Part shown: piece by piece, positions 27,271-37,332 of the stretch | Position numbering within the stretch: the first letter of the stretch is position 1 | How the letters are laid out: every line of letters begins with the position of its first letter | Program-made: the position numbers and the translations under genes | From: Oligoflexia bacterium | GTDB taxonomy: Bacteria; Bdellovibrionota_C; UBA2361; SZUA-149; DAOLCO01 | Length of the DNA stretch: 64,000 bases | Direction: 5' to 3' | Assembly (NCBI GenBank): GCA_035327825.1 | Contig: DAOLCO010000013.1 | Coordinates: forward strand, 8,033 to 72,032 | Notes under the pieces: model-generated | The model's input: only the letters and a program-made list of their open reading frames with translations | What the model was told of the DNA's origin: nothing | Databases searched by the model: none

Positions 27271-28176
27271 ATGGCTCGGATTTTGATTACTGGATATTCG
27301 GGAATGCTTGGCAGAAGCGTAGCGGAAATATTTGCTTCTGATCCAGCCTACAAAGTAATCGGTTTATCTAGAAGCCCCATGGAATATTCAGATTTTGAAA
27401 ATGACATTGATAAGATAAGTTTTGATCTTACAAAAACTAGAGAAATTCCGGATTTGCTCGATAAAATCAGACCAGATGTTATAATTCATACTGCTGCAAT
27501 GGTAGATATTAAAGCCTGCCAAAATAAAAAGCACTACGCATATTTGCTTCATGCAGAAAGTGCCAGGGAGCTTGCAAATTTCAGCAGGAATATACGTTTC
27601 ATTTATATTTCAACAGATTCAGTGTTTGATGGCATTAGGGGAAATTACACAGAAGAGGATAATCCTAATCCTTTAAATGAGTACGCAAAGTCAAAATATA
27701 GGGGGGAATTAGAGACTTTGTCTGGGGGAAACAGTCTCGTACTTAGGACTAATATTTATGGCTTTCATCGACCAGTAGTTAATTCTTCGATTGCAGAATG
27801 GGCATTAAGCAAATTTAAAGCTGGTGAGAAGATCAGGGGGTTTGGTAATATTTGTTTCAATCCTCTCTATACAGTTCAGCTTGCAGAAATAATAAAAGTC
27901 ATTTCAGAGTCTCAACACTGTGGTATATTGCATTTGGGTTCCGATACTTGTCTTAGTAAATATGATTTTCTGAAGTTGCTGGCAGAACAGTTTGATTATG
28001 ATACTGCTCTGCTGGAGGAAGGAGTATTTGTGCAAGATAGTGAATCTGTTAAAAGACCTGAAAATACTACCCTTAATACAGGAAAGTATCAGGAGACATT
28101 TTTAGCCATTGCTCCAAGTCTACATAAGGGAATAGAACGTTTGTGGAAAGATTTTGATAGTGAGAAAAGGAAATAA
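27271..28176 (+). CDS. NAD(P)-dependent sugar nucleotide reductase/epimerase (RmlD-like SDR)
   Basis: ILITGYSGMLG Rossmann motif and YAKSKYRGE (YxxxK). Length and pattern match the dTDP-4-dehydrorhamnose reductase family. Confidence 0.7.
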   Translation: MARILITGYSGMLGRSVAEIFASDPAYKVIGLSRSPMEYSDFENDIDKISFDLTKTREIPDLLDKIRPDVIIHTAAMVDIKACQNKKHYAYLLHAESARELANFSRNIRFIYISTDSVFDGIRGNYTEEDNPNPLNEYAKSKYRGELETLSGGNSLVLRTNIYGFHRPVVNSSIAEWALSKFKAGEKIRGFGNICFNPLYTVQLAEIIKVISESQHCGILHLGSDTCLSKYDFLKLLAEQFDYDTALLEEGVFVQDSESVKRPENTTLNTGKYQETFLAIAPSLHKGIERLWKDFDSEKRK

Positions 28177-28177
28177 T

Positions 28178-29239
28178 ATGCAGATTGGTAATATAGAGCT
28201 CTCTAAAAATGGCCCGCTTTACTTTGTAGCAGATATTGGTGCTAACCATGATGGTTCACTTGATAGGGCTTTTAAGCTTATAGAGCTTGCCAAAAATGCA
28301 GGTGCTCATGCTGCAAAATTTCAAAATTTCCAGGCTGACAAAATAGTAAGTAGTGAAGGATTTAGCAGTCTTGGCGGACAATTGACCCATCAAGCCAAAT
28401 GGAAAAAGTCTGTTTATGAAACATACATGAGCGCAAGTATTCCAATGGACTGGACAGTAAAATTAAAAGAAAAGTGCGAGGAAGTGGGTATTGAATATTT
28501 TACGAGTCCTTATGATTTTGAATCTGTAGATGCAGTAGATCCGTATGTAAGAGTTTACAAGATTGGATCCGGGGATATTACTTGGATTCAGATTGTAAGG
28601 CATATTGCCAAAAAGAATAAGCCAATACTACTTGCGACAGGAGCTTCTTCGATGGATGATGTTAGGCGGGCAATGAACGAAATCATGGAAGTGAACCCGC
28701 AGGTAGTTTTGATGCAGTGCAATACAAATTATACTGGGAGTCCCGATAATTTTAACTATGTTAATCTGAACGTAATTCGCACTTTTGAAATGGAGTATCC
28801 CGATACCATTCTTGGATTGTCCGATCATACCTCTGGACATGCAGCTATTCTTGGGGCTATTGCTCTTGGTGCAAGAGTGTTTGAAAAGCATTTTACAGAT
28901 GACAATTCACGAGAAGGGCCTGATCATGCATTTGCAATGAATCCAGATACCTGGAAAGAAATGGTTGAAAGGTCTTGTGAATTATATTCTGCCCTTGGAG
29001 ATGGTATTAAGCGAATAGAAAAAAACGAAACAGAATCAGCAATTGTTCAAAGAAGATCAATCAGAGTCAGTAGGGATCTTCCTGAGGGGCATAGTCTTTC
29101 AAGTGATGATCTGGAAGTGCTGAGACCAATTCCCGAAGGGGGTCTTCCACCTTATCTTTTTGAAGAAGTTGTGGGAAAAAAACTTTTAAATCCGGTAAAA
29201 AAAGGGCAGCACTTGTCGCATGCTGATATACTGAAATGA
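28178..29239 (+). CDS. pseI: NeuB-family nonulosonic acid synthase (pseudaminic acid synthase type inferred from context)
   Basis: FVADIGANHDGSLDRAFKLIELAKNAGAHAAKFQ, DFESVD, KIGSGD and LSDHT motifs, plus a C-terminal SAF domain. I chose the ATG at 28178, preceded by AAGGAA. Pse versus Leg/Neu specificity cannot be read from the sequence alone. Confidence 0.7.
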   Translation: MQIGNIELSKNGPLYFVADIGANHDGSLDRAFKLIELAKNAGAHAAKFQNFQADKIVSSEGFSSLGGQLTHQAKWKKSVYETYMSASIPMDWTVKLKEKCEEVGIEYFTSPYDFESVDAVDPYVRVYKIGSGDITWIQIVRHIAKKNKPILLATGASSMDDVRRAMNEIMEVNPQVVLMQCNTNYTGSPDNFNYVNLNVIRTFEMEYPDTILGLSDHTSGHAAILGAIALGARVFEKHFTDDNSREGPDHAFAMNPDTWKEMVERSCELYSALGDGIKRIEKNETESAIVQRRSIRVSRDLPEGHSLSSDDLEVLRPIPEGGLPPYLFEEVVGKKLLNPVKKGQHLSHADILK

Positions 29240-29775
29240 TAGCTGGTAAAATAACAGGACTTAGGGCTGTAGAAGAGAATGATCTTGAGGTTCTTAAAAC
29301 ATGGCGCAATAATCAGGATTTCAGGAGAAATTTCAGGGAAGTGAGAGAGTTAAATTCCTATAATCAAAAGTGCTGGTTCGAGAAAACTTGTTTAAGTCCA
29401 AATGATTTCATGTTTGTAATAGTAAGACTTGAAGATTCCCTACCAATTGGTGCTTGCGGACTTTTATATACAAACTGGATTCTCCGATCCAGTGATTTGT
29501 CCTTTTATATAGGGCATGAAAATGCCTACATAGATGATAAGGGTTTTGCTGAAGAAGCATGTCAACTTTTGCTTGAATATGGTTTTGGTAATCTTAATCT
29601 AAACAAGGTTTGGATGGAATTGTACGAATTCGACCAAAAGAAGCTGGATTTCTTTACTGGTAAGTTTAATTTTAAAAAAGACGGAAAGCTTCGTGAGAAT
29701 TGTTATGAGGATGGCAGATACTGGGATTCATATATTCTATCTCTCTTAAGGAAGGAGCATAAAGGTCGTGTCTAA
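29236..29775 (+). CDS. GNAT N-acetyltransferase (PseH-like)
   Basis: ATGA overlap with the upstream gene. LKTWRNNQDFRRNF and a GNAT core (IGACGL...KGFAEEACQLLLEYGF). Size and placement match PseH. Confidence 0.6.
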   Translation: MIAGKITGLRAVEENDLEVLKTWRNNQDFRRNFREVRELNSYNQKCWFEKTCLSPNDFMFVIVRLEDSLPIGACGLLYTNWILRSSDLSFYIGHENAYIDDKGFAEEACQLLLEYGFGNLNLNKVWMELYEFDQKKLDFFTGKFNFKKDGKLRENCYEDGRYWDSYILSLLRKEHKGRV

Positions 29776-30463
29776 GGTCGCTATCATTACAGCAAGAAAG
29801 GGCAGCAAACGAATACCCAATAAAAATATCAAGATGTTTCTTGGGAGCCCAATTATAAAATATTCAATTACTGCAGCAATTGAATCAGGGGTATTTGATG
29901 AGGTGATGGTGTCAACTGATGATGAAGGAATTGCTACAATTGCAAAATCTTATGGAGCGAAGGTTCCATTTATGCGCTCGGAAAAAAATTCTAATGATTT
30001 TGCAGGAACCGCAGATGTACTTATTGAGGTAATTGAATCTTATGCAAGTATGGGAATTCGCCACGAAAGTTTGTGTGGGATATATCCAACTGCTCCATTT
30101 ATAACTCCTCAAAAACTGGTTGCTGGTATGAATTTGCTACAAGAGAGTCATGCGGATGTTGTACTTCCAGTAGTTCGTTTTAGTTATCCAATTCAGCGTA
30201 GTCTTAAAAGAATTGAGGAAAGAGTAGAAATGTTTTGGCCTGAAAATTATCATGCAAGATCGCAGGATCTGGAGCCAGCTTATCATGATGCGGGCCAGTT
30301 TTACTGTATTAAAGTTAATAGTCTTATGAAAGAACGTAAGCTGTTTATGTCTGATACCAGACCACTTGTGATGTCTGAACTGGAGGTTCAGGATATCGAT
30401 AACGAAGATGATTGGAAACTTGCAGAGATAAAATATTCGTTTCTCCACCATGGCAGAATATAA
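29768..30463 (+). CDS. pseF: CMP-nonulosonic acid cytidylyltransferase (PseF/NeuA family)
   Basis: AIITARKGSKRIPNKNIK, STDD, RSQDLEPAYHDAGQFY. GTG start overlapping the upstream gene by 8 nt. Confidence 0.7.
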   Translation: MSKVAIITARKGSKRIPNKNIKMFLGSPIIKYSITAAIESGVFDEVMVSTDDEGIATIAKSYGAKVPFMRSEKNSNDFAGTADVLIEVIESYASMGIRHESLCGIYPTAPFITPQKLVAGMNLLQESHADVVLPVVRFSYPIQRSLKRIEERVEMFWPENYHARSQDLEPAYHDAGQFYCIKVNSLMKERKLFMSDTRPLVMSELEVQDIDNEDDWKLAEIKYSFLHHGRI

Positions 30464-30477
30464 CTTGAGGAAATCCT

Positions 30478-31443
30478 TTGAAAAAGGCACTGATAATCGG
30501 ATGTGGAAGAATTGGGGCTCAGTGTGACATTCTGGGTGATGTCGGAAGTTCCTGTCCTCATGCCTATTCCCATGCAAAGGCACTATCTGATACCGGGGCT
30601 TTCGATTTATATTTTTATGACCTTGATACTGAAAGATCACTAATCGCTGCAAGTTATTTCCGTGGAACTATGCTTGAATCCTTGAATGATGGTGTTTTAC
30701 TTAAGCCTGACTGGTTAAGTATTGCTTCTCCAACAGAAAGCCATGTAGATATATATAAACTTTTTGCTGGATCCGTACCTATTGTGCTTATGGAAAAGCC
30801 AATTAGTTATGATGAATCTGATTTGAGAATTGCGATTGATATTTATAAAAGATCTGGCCAGAAGACTTATGTTAATTACTTTAGGAATTTTTTACCACAA
30901 TATGCACGATTGAAAGCCTTGATCCAAGAACTGGAATTAAATGATCCGTTTAAGGAAATACAAATTACCTACCATAGAGGATTGATTAATAATGGAAGTC
31001 ATGCCCTTTCCTGTGCTTCATATCTACTAAACCATATTGTCTGTATATCTGATCAGAGAGTATTCTCAGTAAAGGGATTTAACCAAATCGTATGTGATCC
31101 TAGTATATCTTTTTCATTTAGAGATAGGGAAAGAGATTTTATATTTGCTGGTTTGGATGAAAAGGATTATCCGATTCTTGAACTTAAACTTTATTCAAGA
31201 ACTCATGTCGTAAAAATTACAGATTCTGGGGATACTCTCCAGGTTTTTAGAAAAACATCAAACGACATACATGGAATACTAATGGAAAGCGTGTTTTATG
31301 AAAATAGGGTTTTGGAAAATTGCATTGGTAAGGCGGTAAATGCGATACTTGAAGATGCTGATACATGCAGACTGGCAGAAAACTTTATTGAATCTTGCGA
31401 ACTCAATCAGGAGCTTCTTAGGGTATGTCTCAACTTGCAATAA
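30478..31443 (+). CDS. Gfo/Idh/MocA-like NAD(P)-dependent oxidoreductase
   Basis: N-terminal MKKALIIGCGRIGAQ Rossmann motif and an EKP motif (LMEKPIS). TTG start. Confidence 0.55.
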   Translation: MKKALIIGCGRIGAQCDILGDVGSSCPHAYSHAKALSDTGAFDLYFYDLDTERSLIAASYFRGTMLESLNDGVLLKPDWLSIASPTESHVDIYKLFAGSVPIVLMEKPISYDESDLRIAIDIYKRSGQKTYVNYFRNFLPQYARLKALIQELELNDPFKEIQITYHRGLINNGSHALSCASYLLNHIVCISDQRVFSVKGFNQIVCDPSISFSFRDRERDFIFAGLDEKDYPILELKLYSRTHVVKITDSGDTLQVFRKTSNDIHGILMESVFYENRVLENCIGKAVNAILEDADTCRLAENFIESCELNQELLRVCLNLQ

Positions 31444-32717
31444 AAGGTGGTAATCCTGTTCGTACCAGGCTTTTCCCTTCCTATAATACAATTGGCGAAG
31501 AGGAGAAGCTTGCCGTGCTTGAGGTGCTCGAGAGCGGAAATTTATCGCAGTTTCTTGGAGCATGGAGTTCTGACTTTCTTGGAGGCCCGCAAGTTAAAAA
31601 ATTAGAATCCAAATGGTGTGATCATTTTGGTGTGGCACATGCTGTTACGGTAAATTCTAATACATCCGGCCTATATACTGCTATGGGTGCAATTGGGATC
31701 CAGCCTGGAGATGAGGTTATTGTTACGCCATATTCTATGTCTGCAAGCGCAATAGCTCCTCTGATGTACGGAGGAGTTCCGGTTTTTGCTGATATTGATC
31801 CTGTAACTTTCTGTCTTGATCCTGATAGTGTCAGAAGTAAAATTTCATCTAAAACAAGGGCAATTCTGGTAGTGCATCTCTTTGGTCATCCCGCAGAGAT
31901 GGGGAAGATCATGGAGATAGCAAATGAATTCAATCTATTTGTAGTTGAAGATGCTGCTCAAGCTCCACTTGGTATTTATAAGGGAAGGCCTGTTGGTACT
32001 ATCGGTGACATCGGTGTTTTTAGCCTGAATTATCATAAGCATATACACACTGGAGAGGGCGGTGTTATAGTTTCCAATAATAAAGAATTGGCAGAAAGGT
32101 GTCAGTTGATTCGTAATCATGCCGAAAATATTGTTGAGCATAAAAAACTTGAGCACCTGACAAATATGATAGGTGCTAATTATAGAATGACTGAAATTGA
32201 GGCTTCAATTGGAATTTCCCAGCTTGATAAACTTCAAGGGTTGCTTGAACAGCGAATTGCTAATGTGAACTACTTTAATGATAAGCTTAAAAGCTTTGAT
32301 ACTTTTGAGGTGCAACCATTTACGGATAAAACTTCAAGGCATTGCTATTATCAGTGTCCTGTTAAGTTTAATCCATTAAGAGCCGGATGCAGTAGAAATG
32401 CATTTGTTAATGCAGTTAAATCAGAGATACCCTCGGCGGTTTTGAGAGAAAGCGCTCCTTTAATAAGCGCAGGATATGTTCGTCCTTTATATCTTCTGCC
32501 TATTTTTCAGAATAAAAATGCCTTTGCCTATAGAGCTGGTTATGCAAGAAATGATATTTCCTATGATCGGGGGATTTGTCCTGTAGTGGAGAAGATGCAT
32601 TATGAAAATCTTTTCACACATGAATTTATGAGACCAGGTATGACAAAAGATGATATGGACGACGTTATAAGGGCATTTGACAAAGTACTTTCGCATTCAA
32701 GTGAGTTAAGTGATTGA
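31425..32717 (+). CDS. DegT/DnrJ/EryC1/StrS-family PLP-dependent sugar aminotransferase (PseC-like role inferred)
   Basis: LESKWCDHFGVAHAVTVNSNTSGL, DAAQA, and SLNYHKHIHTGEGG (PLP lysine). At 430 aa it is longer than typical PseC. Confidence 0.75.
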   Translation: MSQLAIKGGNPVRTRLFPSYNTIGEEEKLAVLEVLESGNLSQFLGAWSSDFLGGPQVKKLESKWCDHFGVAHAVTVNSNTSGLYTAMGAIGIQPGDEVIVTPYSMSASAIAPLMYGGVPVFADIDPVTFCLDPDSVRSKISSKTRAILVVHLFGHPAEMGKIMEIANEFNLFVVEDAAQAPLGIYKGRPVGTIGDIGVFSLNYHKHIHTGEGGVIVSNNKELAERCQLIRNHAENIVEHKKLEHLTNMIGANYRMTEIEASIGISQLDKLQGLLEQRIANVNYFNDKLKSFDTFEVQPFTDKTSRHCYYQCPVKFNPLRAGCSRNAFVNAVKSEIPSAVLRESAPLISAGYVRPLYLLPIFQNKNAFAYRAGYARNDISYDRGICPVVEKMHYENLFTHEFMRPGMTKDDMDDVIRAFDKVLSHSSELSD

Positions 32718-32731
32718 TTTGGAGTAATAAA

Positions 32732-33346
32732 ATGAGCAATGAACAAATTGAATTCTGGACCAGGGATTATACTGAGGAATATCTTGAAAGGAACTCGGTT
32801 TTTGACTTTGATCTAGGTGTTAAGGGTTGGAAGCAGATAACCAGTAAAATTGAAACGCCAAAAAAAATACTTGAATGTGGATGTAATATTGGAAGGAATA
32901 TAAATTTTCTTAATTCGGTGTTCCCGAATGCAACAAAGTCCATAATTGAAGTTGCAAAGCAGCCGTTTGATATTGTGACTTCAAAATACTCTTTTGAATT
33001 GGCTCAGAATGCATCAATTATTGACTCAGATTTGCCGCAAACTTATTTTGATCTTGTATTTACACATTCGGTATTGATTCATATCAATCCCGAGGAGCTA
33101 GTAACAAATATGAAAAAGATATACGATTATAGCTCAAGATATATAATTCTTTGTGAATATTTTAATAGAACTCCTGTGATGATTGAGTATCGAAATCAGT
33201 TAAACAAATTATTTAAATCAGATTTTGGAAAGACATTTATAACAAATTTTGAAGTGAGCCTTGTCGACTACGGTTTTCTCTGGGGTCACGTTTATGATCC
33301 GGCCGGGTTTGATGATATTACTTATTGGGTGTTTGAGAAGAAATAG
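32732..33346 (+). CDS. Pseudaminic-acid-biosynthesis-associated SAM methyltransferase family
   Basis: ATG at 32732 preceded by GGAG. EQIEFWTRDYTEEYLERN at the N-terminus and ILECGCNIGRN (motif I). The pattern recalls the Pse-associated methylase family. Confidence 0.55.
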   Translation: MSNEQIEFWTRDYTEEYLERNSVFDFDLGVKGWKQITSKIETPKKILECGCNIGRNINFLNSVFPNATKSIIEVAKQPFDIVTSKYSFELAQNASIIDSDLPQTYFDLVFTHSVLIHINPEELVTNMKKIYDYSSRYIILCEYFNRTPVMIEYRNQLNKLFKSDFGKTFITNFEVSLVDYGFLWGHVYDPAGFDDITYWVFEKK

Positions 33347-33367
33347 AAGAAAAGTATATTTCGAATT

Positions 33368-34702
33368 TTATACAAATAACTTTTCGACCCTGTCTGCAAA
33401 GTCAAGTAAGGAAAAATCATCAAATTTCTTTGCTACTATTTGAAGACCATATGGCAGATTAAGTTCAGGATTGAAAAATAATGGGATGTTTATGGCGGGA
33501 TAGCCAAAAAAGGTCCATATCAGGCATGTATCGGGCTGTTCCCACTCTCCAATTAATGGGGCCGCTGTCGCAGTTGAAGGTGTAATAAGAAAGTCATATT
33601 TTTCAAATGCTAAATCAAAGTCTTTTCTGAGAACTGGCTGCTTTTTTGAGGCTTCAATATATTCTTTCTCACTGTGCTTTTCCCCGCGTCTTATCATTGC
33701 AGTCATTACTTCACTTACATGATCATGCTGTCTCATCTCATTTTTAAAATAATAGGACAGGGACTTTGCGTACATCAATTCATGTATAGCGTGTATGCTA
33801 TTAATGAATGAAACATTACTTAGATACTGAGCATTAAAATTTTTGGAGATTTTGCCTGCTACTTCATTAAAATCATTTTTTACATAGTCAGAATAGGATG
33901 AGAAGCCTTGAAAGCAATCAGTTACAAAACCTACTTTAAGATCAGTGGTGTTTTTTCGTTTGTAGGAATTAAAAAATGAAAAGTAATTATTTGAGTAGGG
34001 ATAATCTTTCCCTTTTGTAAGGCAAGCTAACAACATTTTAGCAAGTCCCTTTGAATCTGAGCCAAGAAATCCAATAGTGTCAAAAGTATCGTTGGTTTTT
34101 AAAACACCAGTTCGGTCAATTGCACCAAAAGATGGTTTAAAGCCATATACACCACAAAAACTTGCTGGTCTTATAATAGAACCTGCTGTTTGTGTGCCAA
34201 GTGCAACAGGAAGTGCGCCACAGGCTACTGCAACTGCGGATCCTGAAGAGGAAGTGCCTGTTATATGGTTTTTGTTGTAGGGGTTAAGAGTTTTTTCTGG
34301 CGATATGAAATGTACCGCAAACTCGGCTGTTGTTGTTTTTGAAAAAACTATACCACCATTATTTATTATCTGGTCGACAATTCTTGCATTGTTTCCAGCT
34401 CTAAAACCCTTCCAAAGCTCACTTCCCATTGATGTTGGAAGGACCCTTGTATTAAAAACATCCTTAATACCAATTGGCAGGGCCCTTAGTGGGCAACTGG
34501 ATTCGCCAAAGTCTCTTCTTAGTTGCTGAAATACATACTCCTCATCAAAGTATTCTGTGAATTTGAATTCAGCATCAAGAGCTTTGTAGCGTGTTATGAA
34601 ATCCTTATAAAAAGAAATAAGATGATCTGTGGATTTGAGTAATGCAATCTTCTTCTCAAAACTGGATAATAGATTCTCAGTGTTTTTTATTAACCGTATC
34701 AC
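33368..34702 (-). CDS. Amidase-signature (AS) family amidase (GatA-like fold)
   Basis: GIKDVF (catalytic Lys) and the AS stretch GTSSSGSAVAVACGALPVALGTQTAGSIIRPASFCGVYGFKPSFG. Confidence 0.8.
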   Translation of the reverse strand: MIRLIKNTENLLSSFEKKIALLKSTDHLISFYKDFITRYKALDAEFKFTEYFDEEYVFQQLRRDFGESSCPLRALPIGIKDVFNTRVLPTSMGSELWKGFRAGNNARIVDQIINNGGIVFSKTTTAEFAVHFISPEKTLNPYNKNHITGTSSSGSAVAVACGALPVALGTQTAGSIIRPASFCGVYGFKPSFGAIDRTGVLKTNDTFDTIGFLGSDSKGLAKMLLACLTKGKDYPYSNNYFSFFNSYKRKNTTDLKVGFVTDCFQGFSSYSDYVKNDFNEVAGKISKNFNAQYLSNVSFINSIHAIHELMYAKSLSYYFKNEMRQHDHVSEVMTAMIRRGEKHSEKEYIEASKKQPVLRKDFDLAFEKYDFLITPSTATAAPLIGEWEQPDTCLIWTFFGYPAINIPLFFNPELNLPYGLQIVAKKFDDFSLLDFADRVEKLFV

Positions 34703-34704
34703 AA

Positions 34705-36519
34705 TCAGGTCCTTTTAAGCTTACTTGCGTCTTTACTTATACTTCTTGCTTCTACAAGGATTTTCTCAAACTCCTCTTCGCTGTAACCCGTTATAGACAG
34801 ATAGAAGTCAAGTGCATGTGGTCGTTGGCTATCGAATTCCTTGGAAAGCTCCATGCCCTCTTCTCTTGTAATTAGTCCTCTTCTAACATCATCAGAGGCA
34901 TGAACTGTGGATCTGCCAACGCCACGTTTGATGAAGTTTGCGTAATCATGGACGCCGGCCATAACACATTCAGTGCTTTTATAGCCTTTGTAAGTGTTCT
35001 CAACCTGGGAATCTCTCCATTCAAAATGCTCAACTATAAAATCTACATGCCGTTCTTCATCCCAGAACATGTAGTCCCCTAGGTGCAGGTACCTCAAATG
35101 GGATCTGGAGATGATATCTCTGGAAGGGTAGAACCAGTGAGAAAGATCATTGTACGGGATCTTATTGTCTGAAAAATCTTCAGCTTTAACTCGAGCGGAA
35201 ACCTCAAGGTTATAATATACATTTGCCTCCTTTCTTTGGGCATAAGAACCTCTGCCATCGCGCTCCGCAATTGATTCGCCCCAAATCATTAACCCAACAT
35301 TCCAATAGTAACCAGATTGAATGGTGAATGTCCCTGAGCCAACATGGCAATGCCAACATGCATCGCCTATAGCAGAAAGCGATTTTCTTGCAGACTTGTT
35401 TATTACAGATCGATTAGCATGAAACATTATATGGTCAAGATCAAATTGTTGAAGGCAATTCTCTAGATTGTATCTGCCAGTTAATGACATCCAGTTTGCT
35501 CCATGAGTAACGGCAAGAGGATTAATGTCAAAGCGGTGATGTAATATGTAAGCTTGAAAAGTGCTATCCTTACCGCCACTCATTGGGAGCATGCAATCAT
35601 AGTAGTTGTCACTTCTGTGAGAATCAAGGATTGATCTTAGTTCAAGATCACGTTCTTCCCAGTTTATATGCATTTTTTCTTCAGATGAGCGACAGGGAGT
35701 ACATATTCCAAATTCATCAAAAGTAATCCCCTCCATGGTTTCAGGAAGGCAGCATCGATTGCAATATCTAAGCTCGTTTTCGTACAATGCATGACCCCAC
35801 TCCGAATCCTTGACCATTTTATTCCATCTGGTCTCTGGATATTTTTTATCCCAGGGGACCTCCTTGTACTTGGGATCAAATCCCACCCAGTAAAGGTTTT
35901 TTTCAAGCTCGCTTATTTGTGGTTCATAATCAAAGAAGTCAGTTTTTTCATTTCCAGAATCAAGAAGGTATTTTTCAGAAATAATACACTTTTTCCCTTC
36001 AAGTTGATTTCGCAAGAGACGAAGCGAAGTAAGGCTGCAGAAGACTTTTTCAATTGAGGAGTTTTTAACCTTGTTCGGAAGTTTTGCGATTAGCTCATCA
36101 AGTCTGAGTATCGTCTCATCAAATATACTTGTTGCCTCATATTCTAAATCAAATCTGTTACTGAGAATATAGTTCGAAATATAAGCAGTTCTTATGTCGT
36201 ATCTTGAAAGACACTGAAGGGTAAAGACAAGTTGGGAAAGCTTTTGAAAATCAAACAGGTTAACGGCATCATTTGTTCTTAAAATACTGTTCGCACTTGG
36301 TCTAAGGGTAAACATCAGGTGATTTAGATCAAAATGATCTATTAAACCCTTGATATAATTCTTTTCTCGAACATTAAAGAATCTGTGATCAAAAGTAACT
36401 GATAAAATTCGTGATGTCGGATTCTGGTTCTTTAGTTCGGAAAGCAGATAGAACAAATCAGAATCAGCGTCCAGGGACAGCGCAATATCGAACTCAAAAG
36501 AATTAAATGATCTGTCCAT
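34705..36519 (-). CDS. N-acetyl sugar amidotransferase (PP-loop ATP pyrophosphatase; PseA/WbpG-like) with an extra degenerate N-terminal PP-loop-like domain
   Basis: Zn-ribbon CNRCCLPETMEGITFDEFGICTPC at about aa 250, followed by the PP-loop PMSGGKDST. The N-terminal ~120 aa parallel the catalytic domain (SVTFDHRFF..FDLNHLMFTLRPS vs AVTHGANWM..FDLDHIMFHANRS), but SGGKDS is replaced by SLDADSD. Confidence 0.75.
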   Translation of the reverse strand: MDRSFNSFEFDIALSLDADSDLFYLLSELKNQNPTSRILSVTFDHRFFNVREKNYIKGLIDHFDLNHLMFTLRPSANSILRTNDAVNLFDFQKLSQLVFTLQCLSRYDIRTAYISNYILSNRFDLEYEATSIFDETILRLDELIAKLPNKVKNSSIEKVFCSLTSLRLLRNQLEGKKCIISEKYLLDSGNEKTDFFDYEPQISELEKNLYWVGFDPKYKEVPWDKKYPETRWNKMVKDSEWGHALYENELRYCNRCCLPETMEGITFDEFGICTPCRSSEEKMHINWEERDLELRSILDSHRSDNYYDCMLPMSGGKDSTFQAYILHHRFDINPLAVTHGANWMSLTGRYNLENCLQQFDLDHIMFHANRSVINKSARKSLSAIGDACWHCHVGSGTFTIQSGYYWNVGLMIWGESIAERDGRGSYAQRKEANVYYNLEVSARVKAEDFSDNKIPYNDLSHWFYPSRDIISRSHLRYLHLGDYMFWDEERHVDFIVEHFEWRDSQVENTYKGYKSTECVMAGVHDYANFIKRGVGRSTVHASDDVRRGLITREEGMELSKEFDSQRPHALDFYLSITGYSEEEFEKILVEARSISKDASKLKRT

Positions 36520-36567
36520 AATTAATCCTGATAACCTTTGGTGTTAAAGTATATAAGTAAAAACCTG

Positions 36568-37332
36568 CTACAAAACTGCATATGATATTTTTGTATCAAA
36601 TGAAAACCTTTCAATCTGGATAGTTTTAAGATCAATTGAGTCGATAACAGCGAGTGTTTCGCCGGGCAAGCCCCGATCATTTAGTTCATCAAAGACAATT
36701 ACAGACCCTTTGGGCATGCGAGGAAGAAATGTATCAAGCGCGGCCTTTGTTGGCTCATACAGATTTACATCAAGATATAACAGGCTAACAATTGTCTCAG
36801 GGTTTGATTTCAGATACTCAGGTGCAGTATCTTTTACGTTTCCTTTGACCAGAATTACTTTTTCCTGCGAACCAAGAAAGCGATTCTTGTCAAATATGCG
36901 AATAGACTCTTTTATGTCATCAAATGAGTTTAGGGACATTTTGCCCTCTTCGTACATCTTTACATTTATTCCGGTATGATCTTCGGGACCAATTTGAGGT
37001 TTGTCTCCGAACATGTCAAAACCGATTATCTTTCGTTGATGATTCAGATGTTCAAAAATTGCACTGAATTGGGCCCATGCCATCAGGCTTGCACCATCAA
37101 GAACCCCTATTTCAACAATTGAACCTTGCATGGGCAGAATTTTTTTGAATATTTCATAACGAACAAGAAATCTTGTTATTGATTGTCTAGGGACGTATTT
37201 AGTGAAACTTTGAAGTTTCCAAACATTTGAACCTTCACTTTCAGAATAATATTTCTCTAGCTCCTCTCGATATTCCTTTGGGAGAAATGAAGCATAGTCA
37301 TAAACGTCCTGTAAAGGATGTTGATCTTTCAT
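36568..37332 (-). CDS. Class I SAM-dependent O-methyltransferase (TylF/Methyltransf_24-like)
   Basis: IVEIGVLDGASLMAWAQ (motif I), LLYLDVNLYEPT and SVIVFDELN. 4-nt overlap with the ACP gene. Confidence 0.65.
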   Translation of the reverse strand: MKDQHPLQDVYDYASFLPKEYREELEKYYSESEGSNVWKLQSFTKYVPRQSITRFLVRYEIFKKILPMQGSIVEIGVLDGASLMAWAQFSAIFEHLNHQRKIIGFDMFGDKPQIGPEDHTGINVKMYEEGKMSLNSFDDIKESIRIFDKNRFLGSQEKVILVKGNVKDTAPEYLKSNPETIVSLLYLDVNLYEPTKAALDTFLPRMPKGSVIVFDELNDRGLPGETLAVIDSIDLKTIQIERFSFDTKISYAVL

